Translations under genes and position numbers: made by a program | The notes under the pieces: generated by a model | The model's input: only the letters and a program-made list of their open reading frames with translations | Told to the model about the DNA's origin: nothing | Database searches by the model: none | Shown here: positions 43,734-53,734 of the stretch, piece after piece | Numbering within the stretch: the first letter of the stretch is position 1 | Layout: each line of letters starts with the position of its first letter | NCBI GenBank assembly: GCA_963787835.1 | Contig: CAWBEI010000002.1 | Span: forward strand, 1,184,001-1,248,000 | Direction: 5' to 3' | From: Ignavibacteriota bacterium | GTDB lineage: Bacteria; Bacteroidota; Ignavibacteria; Palsa-1295 | Length of the DNA: 64,000 bases

Positions 43734-44522
43734 ATGACCTTTCTCGAAAAAATAAAAGCGGCTCAGGACAAGAGGCATTCCTTGCTCTGCGTTGGGCTTG
43801 ACACCGACTGGAAAACCATCCCTGATATCCTGAAGAACGAGCCGAATCCTGTGGCGTCGTTTAACCGAGCAATCATTGACGCGACGAGCGATCTTGCCTG
43901 CTGCTATAAATTGCAAATGGCGTATTATGAGGCCTACGGCACGAAGGGGATCGAAGCGGTCGAGCAAACACTTGCACATATTCCGAGCCATATTCTGACC
44001 ATCGGCGATGTAAAGCGCGGCGACATCGGTGCCACAAGTGAAAAATATGCTTATGCCTATCAGGAGATGTTTCCGTTCGATGCTATCACGATCAATCCAC
44101 TCATGGGCTTTGATGGCATCGAGCCATTTTTACGGCGTGAGGATAGGGGAGTGTTCTTTCTTGGCCTGACTTCCAATCCCGGAGCGCGGGATTTTGAGTA
44201 TCTCGAACTCACCAATGGGAAAAAGCTCTATGAAGAGGTAACCGATAAAGTCCGCGAATGGAACGCGCCGAAAAAGAATGCCGGGCTGGTAGTTGGTGCA
44301 ACAAAACCAGCCGAACTTAAAGCACTTCGACAGCGCGCGCCGGAACTTCCGTTCCTCATTCCCGGCGTCGGCACCCAGGGCGGGACGATGGAAGAAGTGC
44401 TTGAAGCGAATGCTGGCGGGATCGCGCTCATCAACGTCAGCCGTGGTATTGCCGGTGCTTCAATGGGAGCCGACTTCGCAGAAGCTGCACGAGCAGCGGC
44501 GAAGAAATATGTTGGACGATGA
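43734..44522 (+). CDS. pyrF: Orotidine-5'-phosphate decarboxylase
   Basis: LCVGLD, DVKRGDIGAT, TSNPG, LIPGVGTQGG, INVSR. Confidence 0.95.
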   Translation: MTFLEKIKAAQDKRHSLLCVGLDTDWKTIPDILKNEPNPVASFNRAIIDATSDLACCYKLQMAYYEAYGTKGIEAVEQTLAHIPSHILTIGDVKRGDIGATSEKYAYAYQEMFPFDAITINPLMGFDGIEPFLRREDRGVFFLGLTSNPGARDFEYLELTNGKKLYEEVTDKVREWNAPKKNAGLVVGATKPAELKALRQRAPELPFLIPGVGTQGGTMEEVLEANAGGIALINVSRGIAGASMGADFAEAARAAAKKYVGR

Positions 44523-45889
44523 TCCCCGAATCCTTCCTTTGTGAAATATGGAAAGCACACGCGAGCTTTCTTATCAGTCCTATTTTGCTTTCGGATGGAT
44601 CGCCCATTCAGGTGATCGAGTGCGGTGAACAGAACAACCATCGCGGCGGGCCAGATTTTATTGGTGCGCGCATCATGATGGATGGTGTGCAAATTCGTGG
44701 CGATGTTGAACTGCATATATCTCCCGAAGGCTGGAATGCGCACCATCACGAGGGGGATAATCGATATTCGAACGTTATTCTGCATGTAGTACTTGAGGAT
44801 GATGCAGAGCAGCACAAAGGGCCACCCGTGCCGCAGCTTATCCTTCGCAATAATCTTGCCTTCGGTCGCTCCGATCTTTGGGAAGAACTATTTCGTAGAT
44901 TGTACGATCGCAGCCCCGAACTTCCGTGCTTTCCACAGAATATACTTGTTCCGATGCGCTTCAAGCGAAAGGTGCTGGAACAATTCGGTCTTGCCCGACT
45001 CGAAGAGCTGATCGACCGGGTTACGCTTCCTGATGCGGAATTAAGCTCCCACGCAAACGTGCTCGAACGCGTCTATCAACTAACGATGGATGCGCTTGGC
45101 TATTCGCAAAATCGGGTTCCATTCCGGGAGCTTTCAGCGCTTTTGCCGCTTTCGCGTTTGCGATTTGCTCGCGAGGCATTTAGCGAGAACAGGAGCATTT
45201 CATTGGAAGCCGTTTTTTTCGGCGTTGCCGGACTCTTGCCAAAACCATCGCTCGAATTCGATAACGAGACGAATGACTATCTTCTCGATCTGAACGCGCG
45301 TTGGAATTCGATTCAGCAATCGCTCCGGTTTCCGGAGGTGCTGGCAGAGCACGACTGGGCGTTCTTCCGAATTCGCCCCACAAATAGCCCGCATCGGCGG
45401 ATAGCTCTTGCTGCTGCATTAGCTGAAAAATATTCCAGCCGCCCGGAATGGGATTTCCGAGATGCTTTTTTCGATAACGGACCGAAAGCAAGTTTGGGTG
45501 AGCATCCATTTTGGGAGTCGCATACGTCATTCCGGTCAAAATTGCCTGCGCCGGAATCGCTTTTGGGAGAGGAGCGGGGAGCAGCGATATGGCTAAATGT
45601 CATTCTTCCAGCAAGAATCGCTATGCTTCGAACGGAGCCAGAAAACCCCTCGCGGCGGCAAACGGAACGGGCGCTTATAGAGGAATGGGGTTCGGCGCGG
45701 ACGCAATCAAGCGCAAAATACCTTTCTGTGATACAACAGGAACTTCTGGAAGGCGAAAACGTTAACTCCGTCCGCTCCGAGCAGGGCGCGCTTTTGCTTC
45801 AGAGAAACTTCTGTCAAAAGCTTCGCTGTTCTGAGTGTCCCATCGGTCACCGCCTAATCGAAAAGGGCTGGCGGGTGGGGAAAGTATGA
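44519..45889 (+). CDS. DUF2851-family protein
   Basis: GPDF, GDVELH, HHEGDNRYSNVILHVV, RPTNSPHRRI, C-terminal C..C..C.IG. Confidence 0.85.
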   Translation: MIPESFLCEIWKAHASFLISPILLSDGSPIQVIECGEQNNHRGGPDFIGARIMMDGVQIRGDVELHISPEGWNAHHHEGDNRYSNVILHVVLEDDAEQHKGPPVPQLILRNNLAFGRSDLWEELFRRLYDRSPELPCFPQNILVPMRFKRKVLEQFGLARLEELIDRVTLPDAELSSHANVLERVYQLTMDALGYSQNRVPFRELSALLPLSRLRFAREAFSENRSISLEAVFFGVAGLLPKPSLEFDNETNDYLLDLNARWNSIQQSLRFPEVLAEHDWAFFRIRPTNSPHRRIALAAALAEKYSSRPEWDFRDAFFDNGPKASLGEHPFWESHTSFRSKLPAPESLLGEERGAAIWLNVILPARIAMLRTEPENPSRRQTERALIEEWGSARTQSSAKYLSVIQQELLEGENVNSVRSEQGALLLQRNFCQKLRCSECPIGHRLIEKGWRVGKV

Positions 45890-45960
45890 ACTATGAAGTA
45901 TGAAGTATGAAACGGGGCAAACGAGCCTATTTCATACTTCATACTTCATACTTCATACTT
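45881..45960. repeat. Inverted GAAGTAT/TTCATAC heptamer arrays
   Basis: AAGTATGAACTATGAAGTATGAAGTATGAA ... (TTCATAC)x4. Confidence 0.85.
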
Positions 45961-45966
45961 GGCATC

Positions 45967-46039
45967 GCGGGAGTAACTCAGTTGGTAGAGTGCGACCTTG
46001 CCAAGGTCGATGTTGCGGGTTCAAGTCCCGTCTCCCGCT
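45967..46039 (+). tRNA. tRNA-Gly(GCC)
   Basis: GCGGGAG/CTCCCGC acceptor stem, CGACC-TTGCCAA-GGTCG anticodon arm. Confidence 0.96.
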
Positions 46040-46066
46040 CTACGGGGTAAAGATGAAATATGAGAG

Positions 46067-46255
46067 ATGAAAGATGAGTTGAAATTCAAATATAGCCTCA
46101 ATATTGATCCACTTTGGATTGATATCCAAGAGGGTAAGGTAGATGACACTATCGAAATCGCGCGGGATTTATTCTTTGATTTTGATGAACATAAAAATAT
46201 TCTCTCCATCGAGATGCTTGATGCTTCGAGATTGTTGAAGTTCATGGAATCCTGA
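46067..46255 (+). CDS. DUF2283-like small protein
   Basis: Y...D.LWI...G.V.DT.EI...LFFDFD....ILSIEMLDAS pattern. Confidence 0.7.
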   Translation: MKDELKFKYSLNIDPLWIDIQEGKVDDTIEIARDLFFDFDEHKNILSIEMLDASRLLKFMES

Positions 46256-46259
46256 TATT

Positions 46260-47465
46260 GTGCCCACCCCTCAAGATTTAGCTGCCGAATTATCTCAAGA
46301 GCGATTTGCGCTTACATCGCTGCTTGAATTTGCGCGTACGCTTACTCCCGATCTTGGGCCGCGTGGCATTATGCGAAGCGTACTGCGGACGGTCATGGGC
46401 AAGTCCCTCATCAAAGAGGCGATCGCGTATCTTGGAACGATGGATGGGGAGCACTATGAATTAGTTGCGCACGCAGGGTTCGATCATCTCCCGCTTCCCG
46501 AAGTTCTTGACCGCAACGGATTCGAAAGGATGATCGAAGCTATATCGGAGCCGTTCACCGCTGTTCCACTAATCACTGCTGACGGTGCCGGCTATCTCGG
46601 ATTGCTGGGACTTGGCCCATCTATCAATCCGAAGTTAAGCGGGGATTCTGAGGCAACATATCTTGCTTCGCTCGCTGCGCTCACTTCGATCGCGCTCACG
46701 AACGCTTGGCTCTTCGAACGCGAAAAAGAACGGGAACGATTGGAATCTGAACTTCGGCTTGCACGAGATATTCAGCAATCGCTGCTTCCACAACAGTTAC
46801 CGCAAATTCCTGGTGTTGAGTTTGCTGCGATCTCGCGGCCTTCCGAATGGGTCGGCGGCGATTACTACGATGTTATTGAATTGGATAACGATCGTGTATT
46901 GCTTGCCATTGCGGATGTTGTTGGCAAGGGTGTTACTGCCGCGCTCACGATGTCAAATCTGCAGGCGGCTTTACGCGCATTAGTGATGATGCTGCGAGAG
47001 GGACATTTGTCGCTCCTGAACGTCGTGAAAGAATTGAACCGCCTGATGTGTGAAAGCACGGCACCGGAGCGTTTCATTACCGCCGCGTTCGGCGTGATAG
47101 ATGTTCGTCATCATACGTTGGAAACGGTCGTCTGTGGTCATCCTAACCCGATCATTATACCACCCGAGCATCAACCCGTCATTGCGGAAAGTACAGGAAT
47201 TCCTCTTGGGATTATCCCGACATTCCCGTATGAATCCCGAAGTTACCACCTTTCTCAAGGCAGTTTGCTTGTACTTTACACGGACGGCTTATCCGAAGCA
47301 TTTTACGGTGAGGCTCTTCTTGGAGAACGGGGTTCGGTTCAACTTGCATTAAAAGCATCGCAGCAGCATGGGGATCTTCAGCAGATCTTACAGGAGATGG
47401 GACGTTCGGAGCAAATATCCATCGAGGATGACATCACAGTATTGGCGGTTCGTATCACGCGATAG
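46260..47465 (+). CDS. PP2C/SpoIIE-family phosphatase with GAF-like N-terminus
   Basis: ARDIQQSLLP, VGGDYYD, IADVVGKG, LYTDGLSE, DDITVL. Confidence 0.9.
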   Translation: MPTPQDLAAELSQERFALTSLLEFARTLTPDLGPRGIMRSVLRTVMGKSLIKEAIAYLGTMDGEHYELVAHAGFDHLPLPEVLDRNGFERMIEAISEPFTAVPLITADGAGYLGLLGLGPSINPKLSGDSEATYLASLAALTSIALTNAWLFEREKERERLESELRLARDIQQSLLPQQLPQIPGVEFAAISRPSEWVGGDYYDVIELDNDRVLLAIADVVGKGVTAALTMSNLQAALRALVMMLREGHLSLLNVVKELNRLMCESTAPERFITAAFGVIDVRHHTLETVVCGHPNPIIIPPEHQPVIAESTGIPLGIIPTFPYESRSYHLSQGSLLVLYTDGLSEAFYGEALLGERGSVQLALKASQQHGDLQQILQEMGRSEQISIEDDITVLAVRITR

Positions 47466-47536
47466 GCTTCCCAAGTTGGCTTTGCTGCGAACTTGTCACG
47501 GAATGAGCCTGTTAACCCGCTCCGCCCCGGAATGGG

Positions 47537-47621
47537 AAAAGATGAAAGATGAATTATGAAAGATGAAATTCTTGGATTTCTCTTTTTTTCTTCATCTTTC
47601 ATAATTCATCTTTCATCTTTT
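47537..47621. repeat. Inverted GAAAGAT heptamer arrays
   Basis: AAAAGATGAAAGATGAATTATGAAAGATGAA ... TTCATCTTTCATAATTCATCTTTCATCTTTT, perfect arms. Confidence 0.88.
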
Positions 47622-47631
47622 CCCCGAATTT

Positions 47632-47704
47632 GCGCCCGTAGCTCAGTGGATAGAGCAACAGCCTTCTAAGCTGTGGGTCGCTGGTTCAAGTCCAGCCGGG
47701 CGCG
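47632..47704 (+). tRNA. tRNA-Arg(TCT)
   Basis: GCGCCCG/CGGGCGC acceptor stem, ACAGC-CTTCTAA-GCTGT anticodon arm. Confidence 0.96.
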
Positions 47705-47711
47705 CAACGGG

Positions 47712-47868
<157 letters not shown>

Positions 47869-47874
47869 TATTTC

Positions 47875-47969
47875 AATTAAGAATTGAGAATTAAGAATGA
47901 AGAATTGGGGGAAAGTATTGCCTCAATATGGATTTCTCATTCTTAATTCTTAATTTTTAATTCTTAATT
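47875..47969. repeat. Inverted AAGAATT heptamer arrays
   Basis: AATTAAGAATTGAGAATTAAGAATGAAGAATT ... CATTCTTAATTCTTAATTTTTAATTCTTAATT abutting the gltX start. Confidence 0.85.
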
Positions 47970-49407
47970 GACCTTGGTTCGCGTAAGATTTGCACCCTCT
48001 CCTACCGGTTATGTACACGTCGGTTCGCTCCGAACGGCGCTGTATAACTATCTCTTTGCCCGCCATCATGGTGGGGTAAACATTCTTCGTGTTGAGGATA
48101 CCGATCGCACGCGCTATGTCGAAGGATCGGTCGAGAATATGCTCCGCACGATGGAATGGGCCGGAATTGAGTTCGATGAAGGGCCGATCACCGGGGGGCC
48201 ATTCGGGCCTTACGTCCAATCCGAACGCACGGAATTATATCGTGAGCATGCCAATCAACTCATCGTAAGTGGTAATGCTTATCCATGCTTTTGCACCGCC
48301 GAGCGACTCGATCAAGTGCGGAAAGCACAACAAGCAGCCGGTATCCCGCCGATGTATGACCGTTTTTGCCGCAATCTGACCAAGGAAGAATCCGACCGCC
48401 GCATTGCTTCTGGCGAGCCGCACGTCGTTCGCTTGCGAGTTCCCATTGGCGAGCTTGTGCGATTTAATGACATTATTCGCGGCGATGTCGAGTTCGATTC
48501 AAAAACGATCGACGACCAGGTGCTGCTGAAATCAGATGGATTTCCGACCTATCATCTGGCCAATATCGTGGACGATCATTTCATGCAGATCACCCATGTA
48601 ATTCGTGGAGAGGAATGGTTGTCATCGACTCCAAAGCACGTTCTGCTCTACGCCGCCTTCGGATGGGAAGCCCCAAAATTCGCACACCTTCCGTTATTGC
48701 TGAATGCCGATCGTTCGAAGCTTTCAAAGAGGCAGGGAGATGTCGCTGTTGAGGATTATCGCGACAAAGGTTACTTACCCGATGCGCTCATCAATTTTGT
48801 TGCGCTGTTGGGATGGAACCCGAGCGCAACCGAGGAGATATTTACGATTGACGAGCTGATTCGTGGATTCGATCTGGAGCACGTCAATAAAGGCGGCGCT
48901 ATCTTCGGACGCGAAAAGCTCGATTGGATGAATTCGGAGTACATTCGTAAGAAATCTCCCGAAGAATTGCTGACGCTCGTACGCCCACTTGCGGAGGATA
49001 GAAAATATGTGGTAAGCGATGACTATCTTTTGGACGTCATTCGCGTAATGCAGGAGCGCGTCCGCACATTGCCGGATTTTGTCGATTTCGCAAGCTATTT
49101 CTTCGTGGCACCGACGGAATACGAAGAAAAGTACAAACAAAAGCATTGGAACCCTGAAGCCAAAGCACGTCTCACAGAGATACTTCCGCGTTTCGAAGCT
49201 GTGGAAAAATGGGATCACGACACGCTGGAAGCAGTTGTTCGCACATTCGCGGAAGAGCGGGGTATAAGTGCTGGTAAGATGATCCACCCCATTCGCCTTG
49301 CCGTGACAGGCCGTGGCATGGGGCCGGGATTGTTTGAATTGCTAGCGGTAATAGGGAAGGAAGAATCCATCCGAAGAATGAGATTCGCTTCAGATGTTCT
49401 TGTCTGA
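47968..49407 (+). CDS. gltX: Glutamate--tRNA ligase
   Basis: RFAPSPTG, HVGS, KLSKR, RGEEW. Confidence 0.97.
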   Translation: MTLVRVRFAPSPTGYVHVGSLRTALYNYLFARHHGGVNILRVEDTDRTRYVEGSVENMLRTMEWAGIEFDEGPITGGPFGPYVQSERTELYREHANQLIVSGNAYPCFCTAERLDQVRKAQQAAGIPPMYDRFCRNLTKEESDRRIASGEPHVVRLRVPIGELVRFNDIIRGDVEFDSKTIDDQVLLKSDGFPTYHLANIVDDHFMQITHVIRGEEWLSSTPKHVLLYAAFGWEAPKFAHLPLLLNADRSKLSKRQGDVAVEDYRDKGYLPDALINFVALLGWNPSATEEIFTIDELIRGFDLEHVNKGGAIFGREKLDWMNSEYIRKKSPEELLTLVRPLAEDRKYVVSDDYLLDVIRVMQERVRTLPDFVDFASYFFVAPTEYEEKYKQKHWNPEAKARLTEILPRFEAVEKWDHDTLEAVVRTFAEERGISAGKMIHPIRLAVTGRGMGPGLFELLAVIGKEESIRRMRFASDVLV

Positions 49408-49418
49408 CCGATCAGAAA

Positions 49419-49495
49419 AATCATCCGTGTAATCCAACCACATCCACGTAATCCAGGTTCTATCCCCGTGTCCCCCGTAATCCAGGTTCTGTCCC
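49419..49495. repeat. AATC...GGTTC ~9-nt tandem repeat element
   Basis: AATCATCCGTGTAATCC...CGTAATCCAGGTTCT twice, between convergent genes. Confidence 0.7.
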
Positions 49496-51463
49496 TTACT
49501 TCTTCTTATCGTCCTCTTCCTTGTTCTCTATAATAATGAACTCGATACGGCGGTTGATCTCACGGCCTTGATCGGTGGAGTTCGTGGTGATGGGGCTCGT
49601 TTGCCCGTATCCGCGCGTTTCGAGCCGTGTGCTGCTGACACCATGGTTAAGAAGCCAATCGCGAATCGAATTAGCGCGGTTCATCGAAAGCCGCTCGTTC
49701 GCGAGCGAATCACCCTGATTATCGGTATGTCCCTGGATCGAGATCTTCGTTCCAGAATATTTCTGCATCAATCCCAATAATTGGTTGAGTGGCGCAAAGG
49801 ATTCTGGCAGAATATCCCATTTGCCGGTCTCGAACTCGATGCGCGGCAAGTCGATACGCTGCCCGACCTGATATGGAACTTCTGGGCATCCATTGTTCCA
49901 TTTCGGTCCCGGCTCCAGCGGACAGGCATCCTCGTTATCGGGAATGCCGTCGCCATCGGTATCGGGATTGAGAGGGTTCGTGTGATATTTAAAGATCTCA
50001 TCGTAATCGGAGATTCCATCTCCATCGGTATCTTTCAGCAGCGGGTTCGTGTGATAAACGAAGATCTCATCATAGTCGGATAATCCATCGCCATCGGTAT
50101 CTTTTTTTAAGGGATCGGTGTGATATTTAAAGATCTCATCGTAATCCGAAATGCCATCCCCGTCAGTATCGCGCGAAAGAGGATCGGTGTGGTATTTCAG
50201 CACTTCGTCGCCATCGCTAAGGCCATCGCCATCGGTATCCGCAAGGCGTGGGTTTGTATGGTACTTATGCACTTCATCGCCATCCGTCAAGCCATCCCCA
50301 TCGGTATCGGGGTTAAGGGGATCGGTGCCATAAATACGGACCTCATCTCCATCACTCAGCCCGTCGCCATCCGTATCGGGATTATTCGGATCGGTATGGT
50401 AGATCATGATCTCTTCGATGTCGGTCAGTCCATCGCCATCGGAATCGGCGAGCTGATCGAGCACGGCATCCCCATATTCATAGAATCCACTTTCCTTCCC
50501 AAATCCGATCGCATACCGCATGGAGAGATAGGCTTCGGGCCGGTGCGGACCACGGGAGGATCTTGGAAAGGCGTGTTCGAGCCGGAGCAGCCCCGTTTCA
50601 ATATCCAAATTCTTCAAATTTCGGAGGACGATCCCAAAATTAACATCGTCCCCGGCAATATCTAATTGCGCGATCAGGTTGCGAATGCGATACCGCACCA
50701 GCGCCAACGGATTAAATCCCGGCACCCCCTGGTCGGTGCTCACATTATAGGTGTTGAAAAAATTAAGGTACCGTGAGATAGGGCCCGAACCGGAATATTT
50801 GCCATCGCCAAATCCGGCACCGACGCTAATGCCATTACGAGTGGAGTACCGAACTTCTCCGCTGGAACCGGGAAGAACCGGTCCCATGATCACGTCTTCC
50901 GACATGTCTTCTGCGGATGCTTCCCGCAATAACTTCCCATAGTCTCCAGAATCCGGCGGATGACCCAACCAGTAGGTGATCAAGAACGAAAGGGAGTTTC
51001 GGTCGGGATAGATGCTCTTATCGCTCTGACCGTCGCCGAGGTATTCACTCGCCTCGCTTTTGGAGAACAGATTTTCTGCTCGAAGACTAAGGCCGATTCG
51101 TGACGAGTCCCCGCCGACGACGAAACGGTCGATCTTGAACTGCGGATTCCAATCGATGAACGGTAGAATATCCGATGGGAAGACGTAGGACATCAGACCG
51201 AAACGGAACTGGCCATATTCCATCGATACATACTGGTTGAAATTGATCTGCTTTTCGGTGACGGGTATGGTCGAATGAGTAAAATCATCCCATTGTGAGT
51301 TCGGCGGAGTCGATGCGCCCCAGCCAATGATAACCCGAAAATCAGTAAATCGCTCGAATGGCGTACGCAGAACCTCGAATTGGGCACGAGCAGAAATGCC
51401 AACGCTCAGGAGGGCGAGGGAAACGAAAAACCTGGCAAAAATGAGTTTTACGCTCACAATCAA
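49496..51463 (-). CDS. OmpA-family protein with thrombospondin type-3-like Ca-binding repeats
   Basis: Seven 23-aa DTDGDG.SD.DE...YHTDP repeats; C-terminal GHTD..N.RLS..RA..NRRIEF. Confidence 0.9.
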   Translation of the reverse strand: MIVSVKLIFARFFVSLALLSVGISARAQFEVLRTPFERFTDFRVIIGWGASTPPNSQWDDFTHSTIPVTEKQINFNQYVSMEYGQFRFGLMSYVFPSDILPFIDWNPQFKIDRFVVGGDSSRIGLSLRAENLFSKSEASEYLGDGQSDKSIYPDRNSLSFLITYWLGHPPDSGDYGKLLREASAEDMSEDVIMGPVLPGSSGEVRYSTRNGISVGAGFGDGKYSGSGPISRYLNFFNTYNVSTDQGVPGFNPLALVRYRIRNLIAQLDIAGDDVNFGIVLRNLKNLDIETGLLRLEHAFPRSSRGPHRPEAYLSMRYAIGFGKESGFYEYGDAVLDQLADSDGDGLTDIEEIMIYHTDPNNPDTDGDGLSDGDEVRIYGTDPLNPDTDGDGLTDGDEVHKYHTNPRLADTDGDGLSDGDEVLKYHTDPLSRDTDGDGISDYDEIFKYHTDPLKKDTDGDGLSDYDEIFVYHTNPLLKDTDGDGISDYDEIFKYHTNPLNPDTDGDGIPDNEDACPLEPGPKWNNGCPEVPYQVGQRIDLPRIEFETGKWDILPESFAPLNQLLGLMQKYSGTKISIQGHTDNQGDSLANERLSMNRANSIRDWLLNHGVSSTRLETRGYGQTSPITTNSTDQGREINRRIEFIIIENKEEDDKKK

Positions 51464-51564
51464 AAAAGCAAGCTGCCGGCAAAACTATGGGGCTTCCCAA
51501 AGAAGAACTAATTTCGGCAAAAGGTTTCCGGTTTCTGCATTCCAGCGAAACAGGCTTCAGGGAA

Positions 51565-53676
51565 TCAACGGGATTGAAGATCCCTGATCTCTGCGCGTGC
51601 GGTAGCCGGATGGTGCAGTAATTTTTCTGCAAGATGCACGATCTTCGGTACCGTAAATCCATAGGCCTCTAAGATCTTATCAGCGGGTGCGGACGTGCCG
51701 AAGTGATCGACAGAAAGCGAAGCGCCATTCGGTCCAACCCATTTATCCCATCCGAACGAAGTTCCAAGTTCGATGGAAAGCCGGCATGTTACTTCTGGCG
51801 GAAGCACGAGGTTGCGGTAATGCTCCGGTTGTGCTTCGAAGAATTCCCAGCATGGCATCGAGACCACGCGAGTCATCATGCCTTTTTGTTCCAGTTCTAT
51901 TTGTGTCGCAAGCGCAAGCGATACTTCCGAACCGGTGGCGATGAGGATTATTTCCGGCGCACTCATCGCATCCGATAGAATGTATGCCCCTTTTGAAAGC
52001 CCATGCGCTGGCGCGTATTTCTCCTGATCGATGACCGGCAATTTTTGGCGTGTAAGCACAATTCCCGCTGGCCCCTTCATCTTCATCGCGCATCGCCACG
52101 CTTCGACCGTTTCGTTCGCGTCAGCAGGACGAATGATGGTAAAGTTTGGCATCGCGCGAAGCGAAGCAAGATGCTCGATTGGCTGATGTGTTGGCCCATC
52201 CTCACCCAGTGCAACACTATCGTGCGTCCACACGAAGATGGATGGTATGTTCATCAGCGCACTTAGCCGAACCGATGGGCGCATGTAATCGCTGAAGCAA
52301 AAGAAGGTGGAACCCGAAGGCCACACGCCGCCATGTGCGGCCATGCCGTTTATGATCGCGCCCATCGCGTGTTCGCGAATACCAAAGTTGATTGTGCGCC
52401 CAGCGTAGGAACCATGCTTGAGCTGGCTCGGCTCGTAATCGTCCGATGTTTCCAATTTCGTGAACGTCGATTCGTTCAGATCGGCGGAGCCGCTCATCAG
52501 CGTCGGTACTTTTTCCGCAATGATGTTCATCACCTTGCCGCCCGTGGTGCGCGTGGCAACAGGCCCATCTGCAGGTTTATAGACCGGCAGATCTTTGTCC
52601 CAATCATCCGGAAGTTCACGGTTGATCGATTGGGAAAGCGCTGTGCCATTTTTTGGATTTTCTTTTTGATAGACAGAGAATTCTTTATCCCACTCGGAAT
52701 GCAGTTTCGCACCGCGTTCGCCAGCCTCACGAAAAACATTCAACACACCTTCCGGAATGTAGAAATCGGGCTCTAACGGCCAGTCGAGATGCTGTTTTGT
52801 AAGAATGACTTCGTCTTTCCCAAGAGGGCTCCCATGCGCCTTGGGGCTATCCTGCTTGTTCGGGCTTCCATATCCAATATGTGTGTGGCACACAATAAGC
52901 GAGGGCTTATCTATTACAGATTTCGCTATGCGAATTGCGTGATCGACAGCATCGAGATCGTTCGGGTCGGCTACATCGATCACATGCCAGTGATAGGCCT
53001 CGAAACGTTTGCTGACATCTTCCGTGAATGTGATGGTTGTTGAGCCATCTATAGAGATCCCGTTATCGTCATAGAAAGCAATAAGTTTCCCAAGTTCCAG
53101 GTGCCCGGCCAGCGAAGCGGCCTCGCTCGAAATGCCTTCTTCCATACAACCATCGCCAAGAATCACGTAAGTATGGTGATCGATAATGGCGTGCTTTTCA
53201 TTATTAAAAGTGCTCGCAAGGAATTGTTCCGCGATTGCCATGCCCACGGCATTTGCAAATCCCTGACCGAGCGGACCCGTTGTTACTTCAATGCCGGGTG
53301 TATGCCCACGCTCAGGATGTCCCGGCGTTCTCGAGCCGAACTGACGGAATTGCTTAAGATCGTCGAGCGAGAGATCATAACCCGCGAGATGCAGCAGCGC
53401 ATAATGCAGCATCGAGGCATGGCCGTTCGAGAGCATGAAACGGTCGCGGTTGAACCAGTGCGGGTTCTGTGGATCGAAGCGAAGATGCCGGGTCCAGAGC
53501 ACGTAGGCAATAGGCGCAAGCCCCATCGGCGCGCCAGGATGTCCACTATTGGCCTTCTGGACCGCATCGACCGCCAGAAAGCGAATGGTGTTTACGCAAA
53601 GTTGATCGAGATCGTCGGAACTCCCACTCCTCTTTAAGGAGGGGGTTGGGGGGTGGTGTGAATTTTCGAGAGCCAT
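51565..53676 (-). CDS. tkt: Transketolase
   Basis: ANSGHPG, TTGPLGQG, GDGCMEEG, GIREHAM, GEDGPTHQP. Confidence 0.97.
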   Translation of the reverse strand: MALENSHHPPTPSLKRSGSSDDLDQLCVNTIRFLAVDAVQKANSGHPGAPMGLAPIAYVLWTRHLRFDPQNPHWFNRDRFMLSNGHASMLHYALLHLAGYDLSLDDLKQFRQFGSRTPGHPERGHTPGIEVTTGPLGQGFANAVGMAIAEQFLASTFNNEKHAIIDHHTYVILGDGCMEEGISSEAASLAGHLELGKLIAFYDDNGISIDGSTTITFTEDVSKRFEAYHWHVIDVADPNDLDAVDHAIRIAKSVIDKPSLIVCHTHIGYGSPNKQDSPKAHGSPLGKDEVILTKQHLDWPLEPDFYIPEGVLNVFREAGERGAKLHSEWDKEFSVYQKENPKNGTALSQSINRELPDDWDKDLPVYKPADGPVATRTTGGKVMNIIAEKVPTLMSGSADLNESTFTKLETSDDYEPSQLKHGSYAGRTINFGIREHAMGAIINGMAAHGGVWPSGSTFFCFSDYMRPSVRLSALMNIPSIFVWTHDSVALGEDGPTHQPIEHLASLRAMPNFTIIRPADANETVEAWRCAMKMKGPAGIVLTRQKLPVIDQEKYAPAHGLSKGAYILSDAMSAPEIILIATGSEVSLALATQIELEQKGMMTRVVSMPCWEFFEAQPEHYRNLVLPPEVTCRLSIELGTSFGWDKWVGPNGASLSVDHFGTSAPADKILEAYGFTVPKIVHLAEKLLHHPATARAEIRDLQSR

Positions 53677-53734
53677 AGTGCAAAAATACGACGTAACTTA
53701 CGGACGACCGCAATTCTTTGGATGAGCGAAGGAT

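Noticed and set aside
49920-50447. 69-bp periodic repeats as a possible CRISPR-like array
   Set aside because: They are coding 23-aa DTDGDG repeats with synonymous variation inside the OmpA protein
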